The notes below the pieces were generated by a model. That model was not told the origin of the DNA, did not search any database, and worked only from the letters and a program-made list of their open reading frames with translations. A stretch of DNA of 63,927 nt, counting the filler, from Craspedostauros australis (taxonomy: Eukaryota): NCBI GenBank assembly GCA_030167865.1. It is 17 parts of 17 records of this genome, joined end to end, with 100 filler letters (N's around TTAATTAATTAA, not from the genome) between each part and the next. Parts side by side here need not be neighbours in the genome. Positions count along the whole stretch, not along the records: positions 33,197 to 35,230 come from JALAGF010004034.1; positions 35,331 to 37,364 come from JALAGF010004035.1; positions 37,465 to 39,922 come from JALAGF010004036.1; positions 40,023 to 42,308 come from JALAGF010004037.1; positions 42,409 to 47,507 come from JALAGF010004039.1; 12 more parts are not named here. One strand, written 5' to 3'. A program made the position numbers and the translations under genes. Positions 33,197 through 44,855 of this stretch are shown here, one piece after another; the stretch's first letter is position 1; every line of letters begins with the position of its first letter.

Positions 33197-35146
33197 GGGG
33201 GGATGCCACATTCTGTAACCATTCTTGCTTCTTTGGCTTGATGTATCCACATGCATATATATTGCATCCTGGACAAATCCATTTGGTTTGTGCATTGCAC
33301 ACAATACACGTACCCCTTCCCTCAGTGATGTACCTAGGGATGTGTGTTCCTTCTGTGATGTGTTTCTTCATTTTCTCTTCCTTGTTCGATTGCATCGTTG
33401 ACACGGCACCAAGGATTCCTTTGATCTTCGAGGGTCATTGTGGTGAGCCTGCGGGTTGCATCTCCCCATCGTTCACTGCAGATATTCCATCTGGTAGAAC
33501 AATTGTCTTGTGGATCACCTTCTTCTTCCCAGTCTTCTTCTTGTGCTGCTTGTTCCCATTGGCAACCGCAATGTCCAACAGCTTCCACAGTCATTCGATG
33601 ATCGCAGAGATAGATCATTTGAAGCTCCAGTCATGGTTCACCCTGTTGCAATAGTGTTCGATGGTATCATCAGGTTGCACTTGGGATCGTTGTTCCGATC
33701 GCATTGCTCGAGTGTGTTGAATCAATCGATGGAGAGCGACAAACATGGTTTGGATCTTGTGACCGACAGCAACAGATTGCAAGGTTGCTTTGGGCGGCGG
33801 GGCTTCGTGCTGGCGGATCATCTTTGTTGTTATGTCGGAACCACCTTTGAGACAATTCTAAACTGCGCAGAGGTACAGAAGGAATGTCTTCACTGGCGGG
33901 ACAAGGAAGGTCAACTGGGAGTGGCATGCTTGCCAGATCTACATGTGATGAAGAAGATCTTCGGTGCTGAGCTTCCACAGATTCTTGCTTGCTCCGCGGA
34001 ACTTGTTAGTGGTTGGATTGGCATTCAGGAAGCCTGTCATCAGCATGCGCGAAGATTCTTCGGTTGAGTTTGGAGCGATGGCAGGGTAGGCGAACATGAG
34101 CATCATACAAAACAGATCCTCCAGGATGATACCGTAGTGCATGAGGAGGGAGGGTGAGAACCTTGTACCAATACTGCGGATTCTCGCAGCGTTCTTGTCT
34201 CCTTCAAATGGCAGCGGGTATTCAGAACACAACAGAAGAAAAAGAAACGAAGGTGTGGCAGTTGGAGAAAGTTAGAACATGCATATTGCGTTGGATGATA
34301 ACATACGGTGAGTGCTGTTTCGGTCCTGCATGTTGTTATTGTACTTACCAATCACCATCAAAGCCCCTTCACACCAGACACGTACGCATGATGAAGCAGT
34401 TGAATCATTTCCTCATCCCGCTGGAAAACTGCTCTGAACTTTGAGTCTTGTGTGTCCAAATATATGTGCGTGTTTCGTGGGAGACTATGCTGTTCGTTGG
34501 CATGTTGTTGATGTACCTCTTCCATCTGTTTTGTTCCTTGCTTCGTCCAAGTCTTCATCTCAACAACAAAGACTTTGTCCTCCATGTCATTGGTTTGGTT
34601 ACCAACGATGCAAAGAAAGTCCACCAATGCGCCAGCATATTCCTTGCCCTTCTTGGTCACCAAGCCTGCACAAAATGCGGCCTTGATGTGCTGGTCCCTC
34701 CCACCCACATGCTTGCACTCCAGTTGAGATTTCATTAGTGGCTGCTTGCAGGCATGTCCCAATTGTATGTATATGTTTGCAGTTCCACGCTGAGGCTTCA
34801 TAAACCATGCCTGCATGGCTGTCTTTGCAAGCTCCTGTTTCAACGAGAGCAGCTTCGAACATTCGGATGAATCTCTATCTGTGTGACAATCTGAACACTG
34901 GTTGGCTATGATGGGTGTAGAGGTCAATGTGTTTCGAATTTTCTTGGCTCCTCTTGTTGGTGTTGATATCAGGCACAACACTATGCCATTGTTTGCCTCT
35001 GCAGTTTGGTTCTTGCGTGGAGCCATAGAAATCTCAATTTCCGCATTGTCATCACTTTGGGGAAGTAGTACGTTGCTCGCTGGTTGAGTCAACGGCAACG
35101 CAGATGATCGACTTGAGAAACCACCCCTGGAGGCGGATGCTTGCAT
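33197..35146 (-). pseudogene. Decayed transposon-like gene with YqaJ-like nuclease motif, KGGSD motif and Cys finger (copy 1)
   Basis: Same as 35331-37280 at offset 2134, plus an extra TAG at 33939-33941. Confidence 0.65.
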
Positions 35147-35330
35147 GTCTGTAGATGTGTTGTGGGGTGGATTAAATGCAGATGAGGCAGTGGGTCAATG
35201 AAACCCTGGTCCATCATCAGCAGGATCTCANNNNNNNNNNNNNNNNNNNNNNNNNNNNNNNNNNNNNNNNNNNNTTAATTAATTAANNNNNNNNNNNNNN
35301 NNNNNNNNNNNNNNNNNNNNNNNNNNNNNN

Positions 35331-37280
35331 GGGGGGATGCCACATTCTGTAACCATTCTTGCTTCTTTGGCTTGATGTATCCACATGCATATATATTGCA
35401 TCCTGGACAAATCCATTTGGTTTGTGCATTGCACACAATACACGTACCCCTTCCCTCAGTGATGTACCTAGGGATGTGTGTTCCTTCTGTGATGTGTTTC
35501 TTCATTTTCTCTTCCTTGTTCGATTGCATCGTTGACACGGCACCAAGGATTCCTTTGATCTTCGAGGGTCATTGTGGTGAGCCTGCGGGTTGCATCTCCC
35601 CATCGTTCACTGCAGATATTCCATCTGGTAGAACAATTGTCTTGTGGATCACCTTCTTCTTCCCAGTCTTCTTCTTGTGCTGCTTGTTCCCATTGGCAAC
35701 CGCAATGTCCAACAGCTTCCACAGTCATTCGATGATCGCAGAGATAGATCATTTGAAGCTCCAGTCATGGTTCACCCTGTTGCAATAGTGTTCGATGGTA
35801 TCATCAGGTTGCACTTGGGATCTTTGTTCCAATCGCATTGCTCGAGTGTGTTGAATCAATTGATGGAGAGCGACAAACATGGTTTGGATCTGGTGACCGA
35901 CAGCAACAGATTGCAGGGTTGCTTTGGGCGGCGGGGCTTTGTGCTGGCGGATCATCTTTGTTGTTATGTCGGAACCACCTTTGAGAGAATTCCAAACTGC
36001 GCAGAGGTACAGAAGGAATGTCTTCACTGGCGGGACAAGGAAGGTCAACTGGGAGTGGCATGCTTGCCAGATCTTCATGTGATGAAGAAGATCTTCGGCG
36101 CTGAGCTTCCACAGATTCTTGCTTGCTCCGCGGAACTTGTTAGTGGTTGGATTGGCATTCAGGAAGCCTGTCATCAGCGTGCGCAAAGATTCTTCGGTTG
36201 AGTTTGGAGCGATGACAGGGTAGGCGAACATGAGCATCATACAAAACAGATCCTCCAGGATGATACCGTAGTGCATGAAGAGGGAGGGTGAGAACCTTGT
36301 ACCAATACTGCGGATTCTCGCAGCGTTCTTGTCTCCTTCAGATGGCAGCGGGTATTCAGAACACAACAGAAGAAAAAGAAACGAAGGTGTGGCAGTTGGA
36401 GAAAGTTAGAACATGCATATTGCGTTGGATGATAACATACGGTGAGTGCTGTTTCGGTCCTGCATGTTGTTATTGTACTTACCAATCACCATCAAAGCCC
36501 CTTCACACCAGACACGTACGCATGATGAAGCAGTTGAATCATTTCCTCATCCCGCTGGAAAACTGCTCTGAACTTTGAGTCTTGTGTGTCCAAATATATG
36601 TGCGTGTTTCGTGGGAGACTATGCTGTTCGTTGGCATGTTGTTGATGTACCTCTTCCATCTGTTTTGTTCCTTGCTTCGTCCAAGTCTTCATCTCAACAA
36701 CAAAGACTTTGTCCTCCATGTCATTGGTTTGGTTACCAACGATGCAAAGAAAGTCCACCAATGCGCCAGCATATTCCTTGCCCTTCTTGGTCACCAAGCC
36801 TGCACAAAATGCGGCCTTGATGTGCTGGTCCCTCCCACCCACATGCTTGCACTCCAGTTGAGATTTCATTAGTGGCTGCTTGCAGGCATGTCCCAATTGT
36901 ATGTATATGTTTGCAGTTCCACGCTGAGGCTTCATAAACCATGCCTGCATGGCTGTCTTTGCAAGCTCCTGTTTCAACGAGAGCAGCTTCGAACATTCGG
37001 ATGAATCTCTATCTGTGTGACAATCTGAACACTGGTTGGCTATGATGGGTGTAGAGGTCAATGTGTTTCGAATTTTCTTGGCTCCTCTTGTTGGTGTTGA
37101 TATCAGGCACAACACTATGCCATTGTTTGCCTCTGCAGTTTGGTTCTTGCGTGGAGCCATAGAAATCTCAATTTCCGCATTGTCATCACTTTGGGGAAGT
37201 AGTACGTTGCTCGCTGGTTGAGTCAACGGCAACGCAGATGATCGACTTGAGAAACCACCCCTGGAGGCGGATGCTTGCAT
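35331..37280 (-). pseudogene. Decayed transposon-like gene with YqaJ-like nuclease motif, KGGSD motif and Cys finger (copy 2)
   Basis: GLV...GALVDF...VEMKT...QLLHHA, a frameshift near 36495, a phase-1 intron 36482-36336, then one frame with WNSLKGGSD and CIVC..TKWICPGC..AC interrupted by three TGA codons (35749, 35725, 35569). Confidence 0.65.
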
Positions 37281-37464
37281 GTCTGTAGATGTGTTGTGGG
37301 GTGGATTAAATGCAGATGAGGCAGTGGGTCAATGAAACCCTGGTCCATCATCAGCAGGATCTCANNNNNNNNNNNNNNNNNNNNNNNNNNNNNNNNNNNN
37401 NNNNNNNNTTAATTAATTAANNNNNNNNNNNNNNNNNNNNNNNNNNNNNNNNNNNNNNNNNNNN

Positions 37465-38037
37465 GGCAGATTCGGTGTTGCGTTGATTCCTCGCGTTGTT
37501 GGTCATTTGGCCCATTTGGGTGTTTCCACGTTTTTGCGTGTTGTGTCAAGCAGCGCAGCGTTGGTGGCGGCTTCCCGACACGTCCACGTTCACGGCAACA
37601 GCAACAGCAACACTTGCGTATACCACACAACACAGTATTATATAATGTAATGGAGCACAGTGACTTATCCTGTGGTATGCAACATATTTTACTCTTTAAT
37701 CTAAGCTTAGTTTGTCAATACAAAGTCCTGCACAACCTGCTTTTCTCCCCTTGCTGACTGATGGCGGTCGCGTTGTTTCTCTTGTTGTTTCTCGTTTTGC
37801 GATTCGTGCGCTTGCGGGTTCATTTTTACCTTTCCTGTTGCGGCAGCCATCATTGTGCAAATCGCAACACGATTTCGGCTGGAAGAAAACACCAAATGAC
37901 CACATTTCTTCCTTTCTGTTGGTTCCTTTTGGTCGATGTGGCGTCAGAGCACGTTTTGGTCCTTCCGATCCTGGTTGTGGGACAGACATTGAATTTGTCG
38001 ATTTGAGGGATCGAACAGAGACAAACGACACGAGAAC
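37465..38037. repeat. 573-nt reverse-complement match to 40023-40595 (contig-end overlap)
   Basis: The same ORF translations appear on opposite strands, and each match begins exactly at a contig edge. Confidence 0.95.
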
Positions 38038-39627
38038 CGCCTCTGCTGTCGAACCATTCTGCTGAGAATCGGACATCCAGTGGTAGTGAAGATCAGCCAA
38101 AGAGTGTTTCGTACCTACTTTTGCATGGGGGCAAAGTCAAAGGCGGACTGCCACTTGTCGCAACAGCTTTTTGCTGCCGCGGTCGCATCGGGTGGTCGGC
38201 TGGGCCTTTCCCAAATCTGTTGATCTGTGGGGTGGGTGCATTGAGTGCGACAGTTTTGCTCGACTGTTGCAATCATTACCTTTGACATGGAATGCAATCT
38301 ACTCCAGCATTAGCACCATGGGCTTGCCCATCCATCCACCAACTTATCCATGAACAGATTAAAGTGCTCTACTGGCGTGCACCCCGAATGTATTACAATG
38401 TTGTTGCTGAGCATAGCATATTCTTGGAGGATGATCTGTCCATAGGCACACCCCTCAGCAATTTTGCTCTCCCACACATGTACAAATCCATCATACTTTC
38501 ACCAGATTGGGTCCACGCTTTGCACAGCATCCCCTGTGTACTTGCATGTCACATGAATAGATGGAGTTGTTCATCGATCCATCAGCAGGCGAGCAGGTGG
38601 CCACAAGAGATGACATGTCTGTCATGCCAGGGATATCCAAAGCCTACCACCACCAATGCCATGGGAATATTCATGGACACCAGAACAGCGGAGGTTGCTG
38701 GAGAAGAACCAGAGGATTGAGCTGCAGAAGTAGCAGCATTGTCTCGTCTACTCCTGTCATGGAGCACACACCAAGACATCGACCATGCACCCTTTTGTGC
38801 GGTCTGTACAAAACTGGAGAGAGTTCCTGGCTATTGAGCCATTGATGTCAACATAAGACAGGAAGTATTTTCCATTTAGCTTGTCTTCCAACTCACAGAG
38901 AGGCGCATGACCAACATGCCGCAAGCAAGCATACATCAAGTACTCACCCATGCACAGCCAACCTGTTGTCACCAGCAGTTTGATTCACAGTCCATCAGCT
39001 TGGACAAGCATGGATGAATACAACAAAGAAGCCCACCAGTGAAGATGAGGACATCATCGATGCTGGTTCTGTCCACAGTGTATACACTGCAGATATGTGG
39101 GCATAGAACGCATGACTTGCTTCATTTCTGTGGCATGCAACTTGCGAGAGAAGATGGCTGCCAATGCAAGCAACAGGCGTGAGAATTGATTGCCGTCCAC
39201 TCCACTCCAGGTCTCCAGGGGCCAAGTTCATGTGGATGGCGCAAGTCTGGCTACTTCCAAGCAAAAAAGAAGCAATTGGAAGGCAACAAGCAACGGGCCC
39301 AGTGCAGAGTCTGTCCCCCACTACAACATCACCGCTCCTATGCGAATTCATTGGGAACCGACCACATATCTGTGTCACATGCATACCTCTACTTGGGAGC
39401 AACACAACACAGGTAGAAGATAACATGTAGACACCGATCTACATCCCACAACAACAACAACAATACCCAATTGGCAAACAAAAGCTACATTGTGTACCAA
39501 AGTCAAAAGAGAGAAGGAGAATGGCCACAGCAACATCGTGCGTCAGGTGGTCAACCAGACACAACCAATCCGCCAACAGAAAGTGCGAGATCATGTCAGA
39601 ACATGAGTACAACAACGCACCACCACA

Positions 39628-39922
39628 TGTTGGCAAGTTCCGCTCACGGTAACCTACGATCGTGGAAGATGGTATTGGTTGATAGTCGTCTGTTTGCTAT
39701 TTCATTACGTTGGCACTCCGATACTCTCGGTGTCCGTTAGTTCTCTTGCCCGATGCTCTCGGCGCTTCAATCTGTTTCGTAGATTCAGTCTCCGACTATG
39801 AGTCGGTACGCGAGATCCTCTCTCGCTCCTCTCTGTGTTCTCTCTCTCTCTCTCAACATCGTGTGTTCGTGCTACACGATACTCCGTGTTCGATGCGTGC
39901 TCCGCATTCGACACTCCGTTCA
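39628..39922. mobile_element. Possible LTR (TG...CA, ~295 nt) inserted in decayed sequence
   Basis: Starts TGTTGG and ends TTCA at the contig break. Sequence switches abruptly from CpG-poor to CpG-rich at 39628; a (CT)n tract lies inside. Confidence 0.4.
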
Positions 39923-40822
39923 NNNNNNNNNNNNNNNNNNNNNNNNNNNNNNNNNNNNNNNNNNNNTTAATTAATTAANNNNNNNNNNNNNNNNNNNNNN
40001 NNNNNNNNNNNNNNNNNNNNNNGTTCTCGTGTCGTTTGTCTCTGTTCGATCCCTCAAATCGACAAATTCAATGTCTGTCCCACAACCAGGATCGGAAGGA
40101 CCAAAACGTGCTCTGACGCCACATCGACCAAAAGGAACCAACAGAAAGGAAGAAATGTGGTCATTTGGTGTTTTCTTCCAGCCGAAATCGTGTTGCGATT
40201 TGCACAATGATGGCTGCCGCAACAGGAAAGGTAAAAATGAACCCGCAAGCGCACGAATCGCAAAACGAGAAACAACAAGAGAAACAACGCGACCGCCATC
40301 AGTCAGCAAGGGGAGAAAAGCAGGTTGTGCAGGACTTTGTATTGACAAACTAAGCTTAGATTAAAGAGTAAAATATGTTGCATACCACAGGATAAGTCAC
40401 TGTGCTCCATTACATTATATAATACTGTGTTGTGTGGTATACGCAAGTGTTGCTGTTGCTGTTGCCGTGAACGTGGACGTGTCGGGAAGCCGCCACCAAC
40501 GCTGCGCTGCTTGACACAACACGCAAAAACGTGGAAACACCCAAATGGGCCAAATGACCAACAACGCGAGGAATCAACGCAACACCGAATCTGCCACAAC
40601 ATCACCATCCACACCGTTGGATACCATCGCCGTCTGATATCGACCGTCAAAGACGTCATCATTTTCGTCCGCGGTGAAGACAAGTCAGCCAGGTATTTGT
40701 GTCGTAGAAGCTAGCTAAATATATCTAAACCTACTGTGCAACACGAAAAATCATGTTCTAAAAATATCATGTTTTACGATGTCAAATCCGCAAGAACGTA
40801 CGTGCGAACCCTGAATGGGGTC

Positions 40823-41400
40823 ATATGTGCATAGAAAATGTCAATCGCAATCGAATCCAACCCGGCGCCCACTTACAACACACTCCAAAGGATACAGCCA
40901 CGAAGTTTGGGGTCTCCAATCCGTCTGCAAGGTAGTCAAATCTGGATAGGGATATTGTGTGCTGCTGTGAGTGGCACCACCGTGAGATACGGTACGCGGT
41001 GTACAGAAACTCGGACATATGTGCATAGAAAATGTCAAACACAATCAAATCCAACCCGGCGGGCACGTACAACACACCCCAAAGGACCTGGTCACGAAGT
41101 ATGAGGTCTCCAATCCATCTGGAAGGCATCCATATCTGAGAATCTAGATTTCGAGTGGTGCTGTGGGTGGTCGTACTACGAGCTACGCACCATAGTGTAC
41201 AGTAGATTGTCAATATGTGCATATAAAATGTCAAACACGATGAAATCCAACCCAGCGCCCACTTACAACACACCCCAAAGTGTCTGGTCACGAAGTATGA
41301 GGCCTCAAATCTGTCAGGAATGTATCTGTGTGGAAGGGTCAGTCCAACCAGATGCCAAGGTCACTGTAATGCCACCCACAGAACCACTCGAAATCTAGAT
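40823..41400. repeat. Three diverged tandem copies of a ~195-nt unit
   Basis: ATATGTGCATA(G/T)AAAATGTCAA...AATCCAACCC.GC...TACAACACAC.CCAAAG...CACGAAGT starts at 40823, 41017 and 41213. Confidence 0.85.
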
Positions 41401-41427
41401 TCTCAGATATCCACAAGGAGAAAACCC

Positions 41428-41500
41428 TTGCGTCAGGACGCAAAAAGGGCTTTTCTTGCGTCCTGACGCAACCCCGAAATAAGTTTGCGTCAGGACGCAA
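41428..41500. repeat. Three copies of 16-nt palindrome TTGCGTC-NN-GACGCAA
   Basis: 41428-41443 (AG centre), 41456-41471 (CT centre, i.e. inverted) and 41485-41500 (AG centre). Confidence 0.92.
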
Positions 41501-42408
41501 AATTGATTTTATCGTGGAGATTTAACACGGAGCGCAAAATAATATGACTCACTCGAACACTCGTCGCAAAAAACATTCAATGTCGTCATTTGTCGCCTGT
41601 GCTTTGGGACAAATACTGTGTGTTTTACCGTGTTGTTTTGTACTGATGGATGCAAATCTTATCTGCACTCCACTTCCAGCAACAATAGTATCAAAACAAC
41701 TCTCTCAATGTTGCAATCCATACATTTGTGATTCTATGTGTTGTAAATCACATTCTTCGCCTCTTCCATACTCTCTTGCTTGCGTAGAGGAGGAAAGGAG
41801 CCAGATATTTCGCATCCGGCTCCGTTGTCCTCCTTCCTGTTGTGAAACTACCATTCTCGTTGCCATCTTTGCTGCCTATTTTCGCTCCTTCTCAGTTAAA
41901 AGAGTACTTCCGCTCACCCATCAGCTCTGTGTTATCTGTGGTGCTGTTTGGGGCACATAGTTCGTGCCTTCTGCATGACAATTCGCCTCTGCACATTGAT
42001 CATCAACAATCTTGGTTTTCATGCAAGTACAAGGCTCTCTTGCATTCCACATTGCTTCAAAGAAAATGTAATGCTCTGTCAATTGTCCTCAAGCTTGTGC
42101 ATACCAGGTTTGGGCTCCCAACACTTGGCGCATCCCCGCCGCAAACAAGAATCTCACGCAAGATTTTGCACCAACGAAGGCATGGATGGTCTTCCTGTGC
42201 AGAGTTCAATTCTAAGACCACATAAGGCATACAAACAATAGAAGCAGATGGTGTTTGCCAGTATGTACCTGTACTGTTGTCAAGTGAGATCCCTTTGGTT
42301 GGCAGAAANNNNNNNNNNNNNNNNNNNNNNNNNNNNNNNNNNNNNNNNNNNNTTAATTAATTAANNNNNNNNNNNNNNNNNNNNNNNNNNNNNNNNNNNN
42401 NNNNNNNN

Positions 42409-43974
42409 ATGATGAGAAGGTTGCGGATGGACGGATCGAGGAGGATCTCCGTGATGAGTTTGAGAGATCGCTCATCGATCCATTGGAGATCTAGTTATAG
42501 AATGTGAAGGTGCGTATGAGTGCAATACGAGAAGGGGAGAATGAGATGGTCTTGTGCAGTGGCGTACAACGTGATGTGCACATGGAGGTGCAGATAAGCC
42601 ATACTGTACTGTTCATCCGATGCAGAATAGACAAACACTGGCACGACGGCATCCCTTTCACTCACCATCCAGATACAGCACGAGCGGATGACCATCCGTG
42701 CAGATGGCTTTCAGGGTCGCCTTGATGCCGTACACCAGCTGAGCCCATTCCCGAGCCTTAGGTCCGAAGTTGCCCTTGTCCTCATCTCTCAACGGATCGA
42801 TGATGTCGCATGAGCGAGCACGCACCGATTCATCATCGATGGGTTGACGCGCGCTGTGTGCATCACCTTCTGCAAACGGCGTATCGGATTGGCTATTCTG
42901 CACCGTTTGCGTGCGTGCTGCACCGCTCGCATCATCACCCGTCCTTTCACCAGTCTTGCCGAGTTTGTGCTCCATCAGCAGCATCGATAGACCTGGAATA
43001 ACTCTGCACACCATACCCTGTCGTGAGCTATCCATCCTGCTGGAGATCTTCCTCCGGATGCGTTCGCACTCGGCATCATCGGCATGCGCAAGGATCTGTT
43101 GGAAGAAATGTGATAGCGCGTCCACGATGGCGGAAAGGTTGCCACCTGTGCTGTACTGGTCGTATTTCCCCTTCCCGAAATAGCAAGGGTGCGAATCGGC
43201 CTTTCGTTTGATCCCCGGGATATTTGCATTGCCTCTCCCCATGGCGGCATCCGCTTGCTCTTCTTTTGAGTGCATGGATTCGTCGTTTAGTGATGACCTA
43301 TCCTTGTTCACCTTCACTCTAAGTCGACTCAAGAAACGATCCACCAACGCAGACTTGCCCGATCCGGAGTATCCGTGGATGAAGACGATTTGTGCGTCCT
43401 TGTTGCTGCTGCCGCCATCGTTCGTCGATTGTGCTGATCGTGCCGATCTTGTCAGTGACTTGCGGCAAATTCGACCGTAGATGGAGTTCAATCTTTCCAA
43501 CTCGTCTTCACGTCCGACGAATGTATCAAGGTGGAGTTTGTCCTGACCGAGAGGATCCGCTGCTGCACCAGCCATGTTGTTGGCCGTTCCGTTGGCCATG
43601 CCATGTTGGTGTTCAACAGAGACGCCGGTTGTCCCATGGATTGCCCCATCCGTCACCGTTGGTTTGTGATACTCGTCGTCGCTGTCGTGGCTGAAGTCAT
43701 CGTCGCTGATGTTGTAGATCTCGTGTTTGGAATCATCGACCATTCCAACCATGTGTTCTGCTGTGCTGATCGTGTTGTCATCTTCGGACTCCGTGCGAGA
43801 TTGGCCGCTCACGTCCAATGGTCTTGAATGTGCTAACGATTTGACGACGGACGAATCCCTTCCCCGTGGGACCAGGGATGAGAGGGTTGATGCATCGGGA
43901 CCCTGTTGTTTCCACATGGCGATTGGTCCAGGTTTTGCAATGAAGATGTGGTTGTGTGTTTTCACCCAACCCAA
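42409..43974 (-). CDS. COG3899/AAA_16-type STAND-like ATPase, 5' part (paralog B); intron 42665-42491; start uncertain
   Basis: FVGREDEL, Walker A GYSGSGKS, GKYDQY, and Walker B PLVLYLD-DLQWID completed across a GTGAGT...ACTAG intron. Runs off the contig. Confidence 0.88.
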
Positions 43975-44855
43975 TTCAAGCGGAACAGATGCTCGCGAGG
44001 AGTTGTCGAGTTTGTGGGATGGTCAGGTGGGATGGCCAGGTGGGATGAGCAAACCTCTCCTTCTCGTGCTCATACTCGTACCTGCCTGCATGCGCTGGAG
44101 GCGCTGCGAACGTCGGAAGCACCAAAACGATCACATCCATGTCCACAACAACTAAGCGGAAGCTGCACGCTAACAAGTGCGCGAGCGATTTGTGAACAAC
44201 AGCGATTCAGACGCTGCTTTCTTGTGTCCTGTTTTTTCGCCAAAGTCGTGGTTCCGCTACATGAATCGTATTGGGCCTGATTTGTGACCTTCTCCCAGCG
44301 GCATTTGTGACTGTTGAGGATCGACTTTTCGACACCGCCTTGTAAATGGACGAGTCAACACCACCGATTAATCTGTTCTTGTGCCGCCTGCATCTGCCTG
44401 ACGAAGCACGAACACGAGCTCCTCATCGTCAACGAAGTGTCAACACTGCATGCAGCATCTCACGCCACCACACAACAACGGACAAAACTCGCACAAGCGT
44501 GAAGCAGTCATCCCAACGGCTCCAAAGACGACCCACACGATGGTGTTCGTGATCGGTGTCGTGTCGCGAACAATTTCTGTTGGGCCTATTCCGCGCAATT
44601 CTCCAACAGAACATCCCACGACCAGTACCAACGAAGAAGACTTTGGCGAAGTCAAGAGAACGTTCGCGCCTTTGCGCGGAGGCCTCGGATTGCGACAATG
44701 CGACAAACCGTTCCTCACCCCCACGACAACCGCCAGCAAGGCGATGCAGAGATGTGCCGATGTGGAGGGTATGAGGGTATGCAGACAGCCATGACCCAGG
44801 GCATGCTCGTGATACACTGCATAATTGCAAGCTCCCTATTATACATGTGCTGGCC

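Noticed and set aside
31944..37364. Harbinger transposase plus YqaJ-like gene as one ISL2EU element
   Set aside because: They are separated by a linker and differ in decay state (intact versus pseudogene); the window gives no evidence of physical linkage.
40823..41500. CRISPR array
   Set aside because: Eukaryotic context, no cas genes, units are ~195 nt and degenerate, and the 16-nt palindromes have only 12-13 nt spacers.
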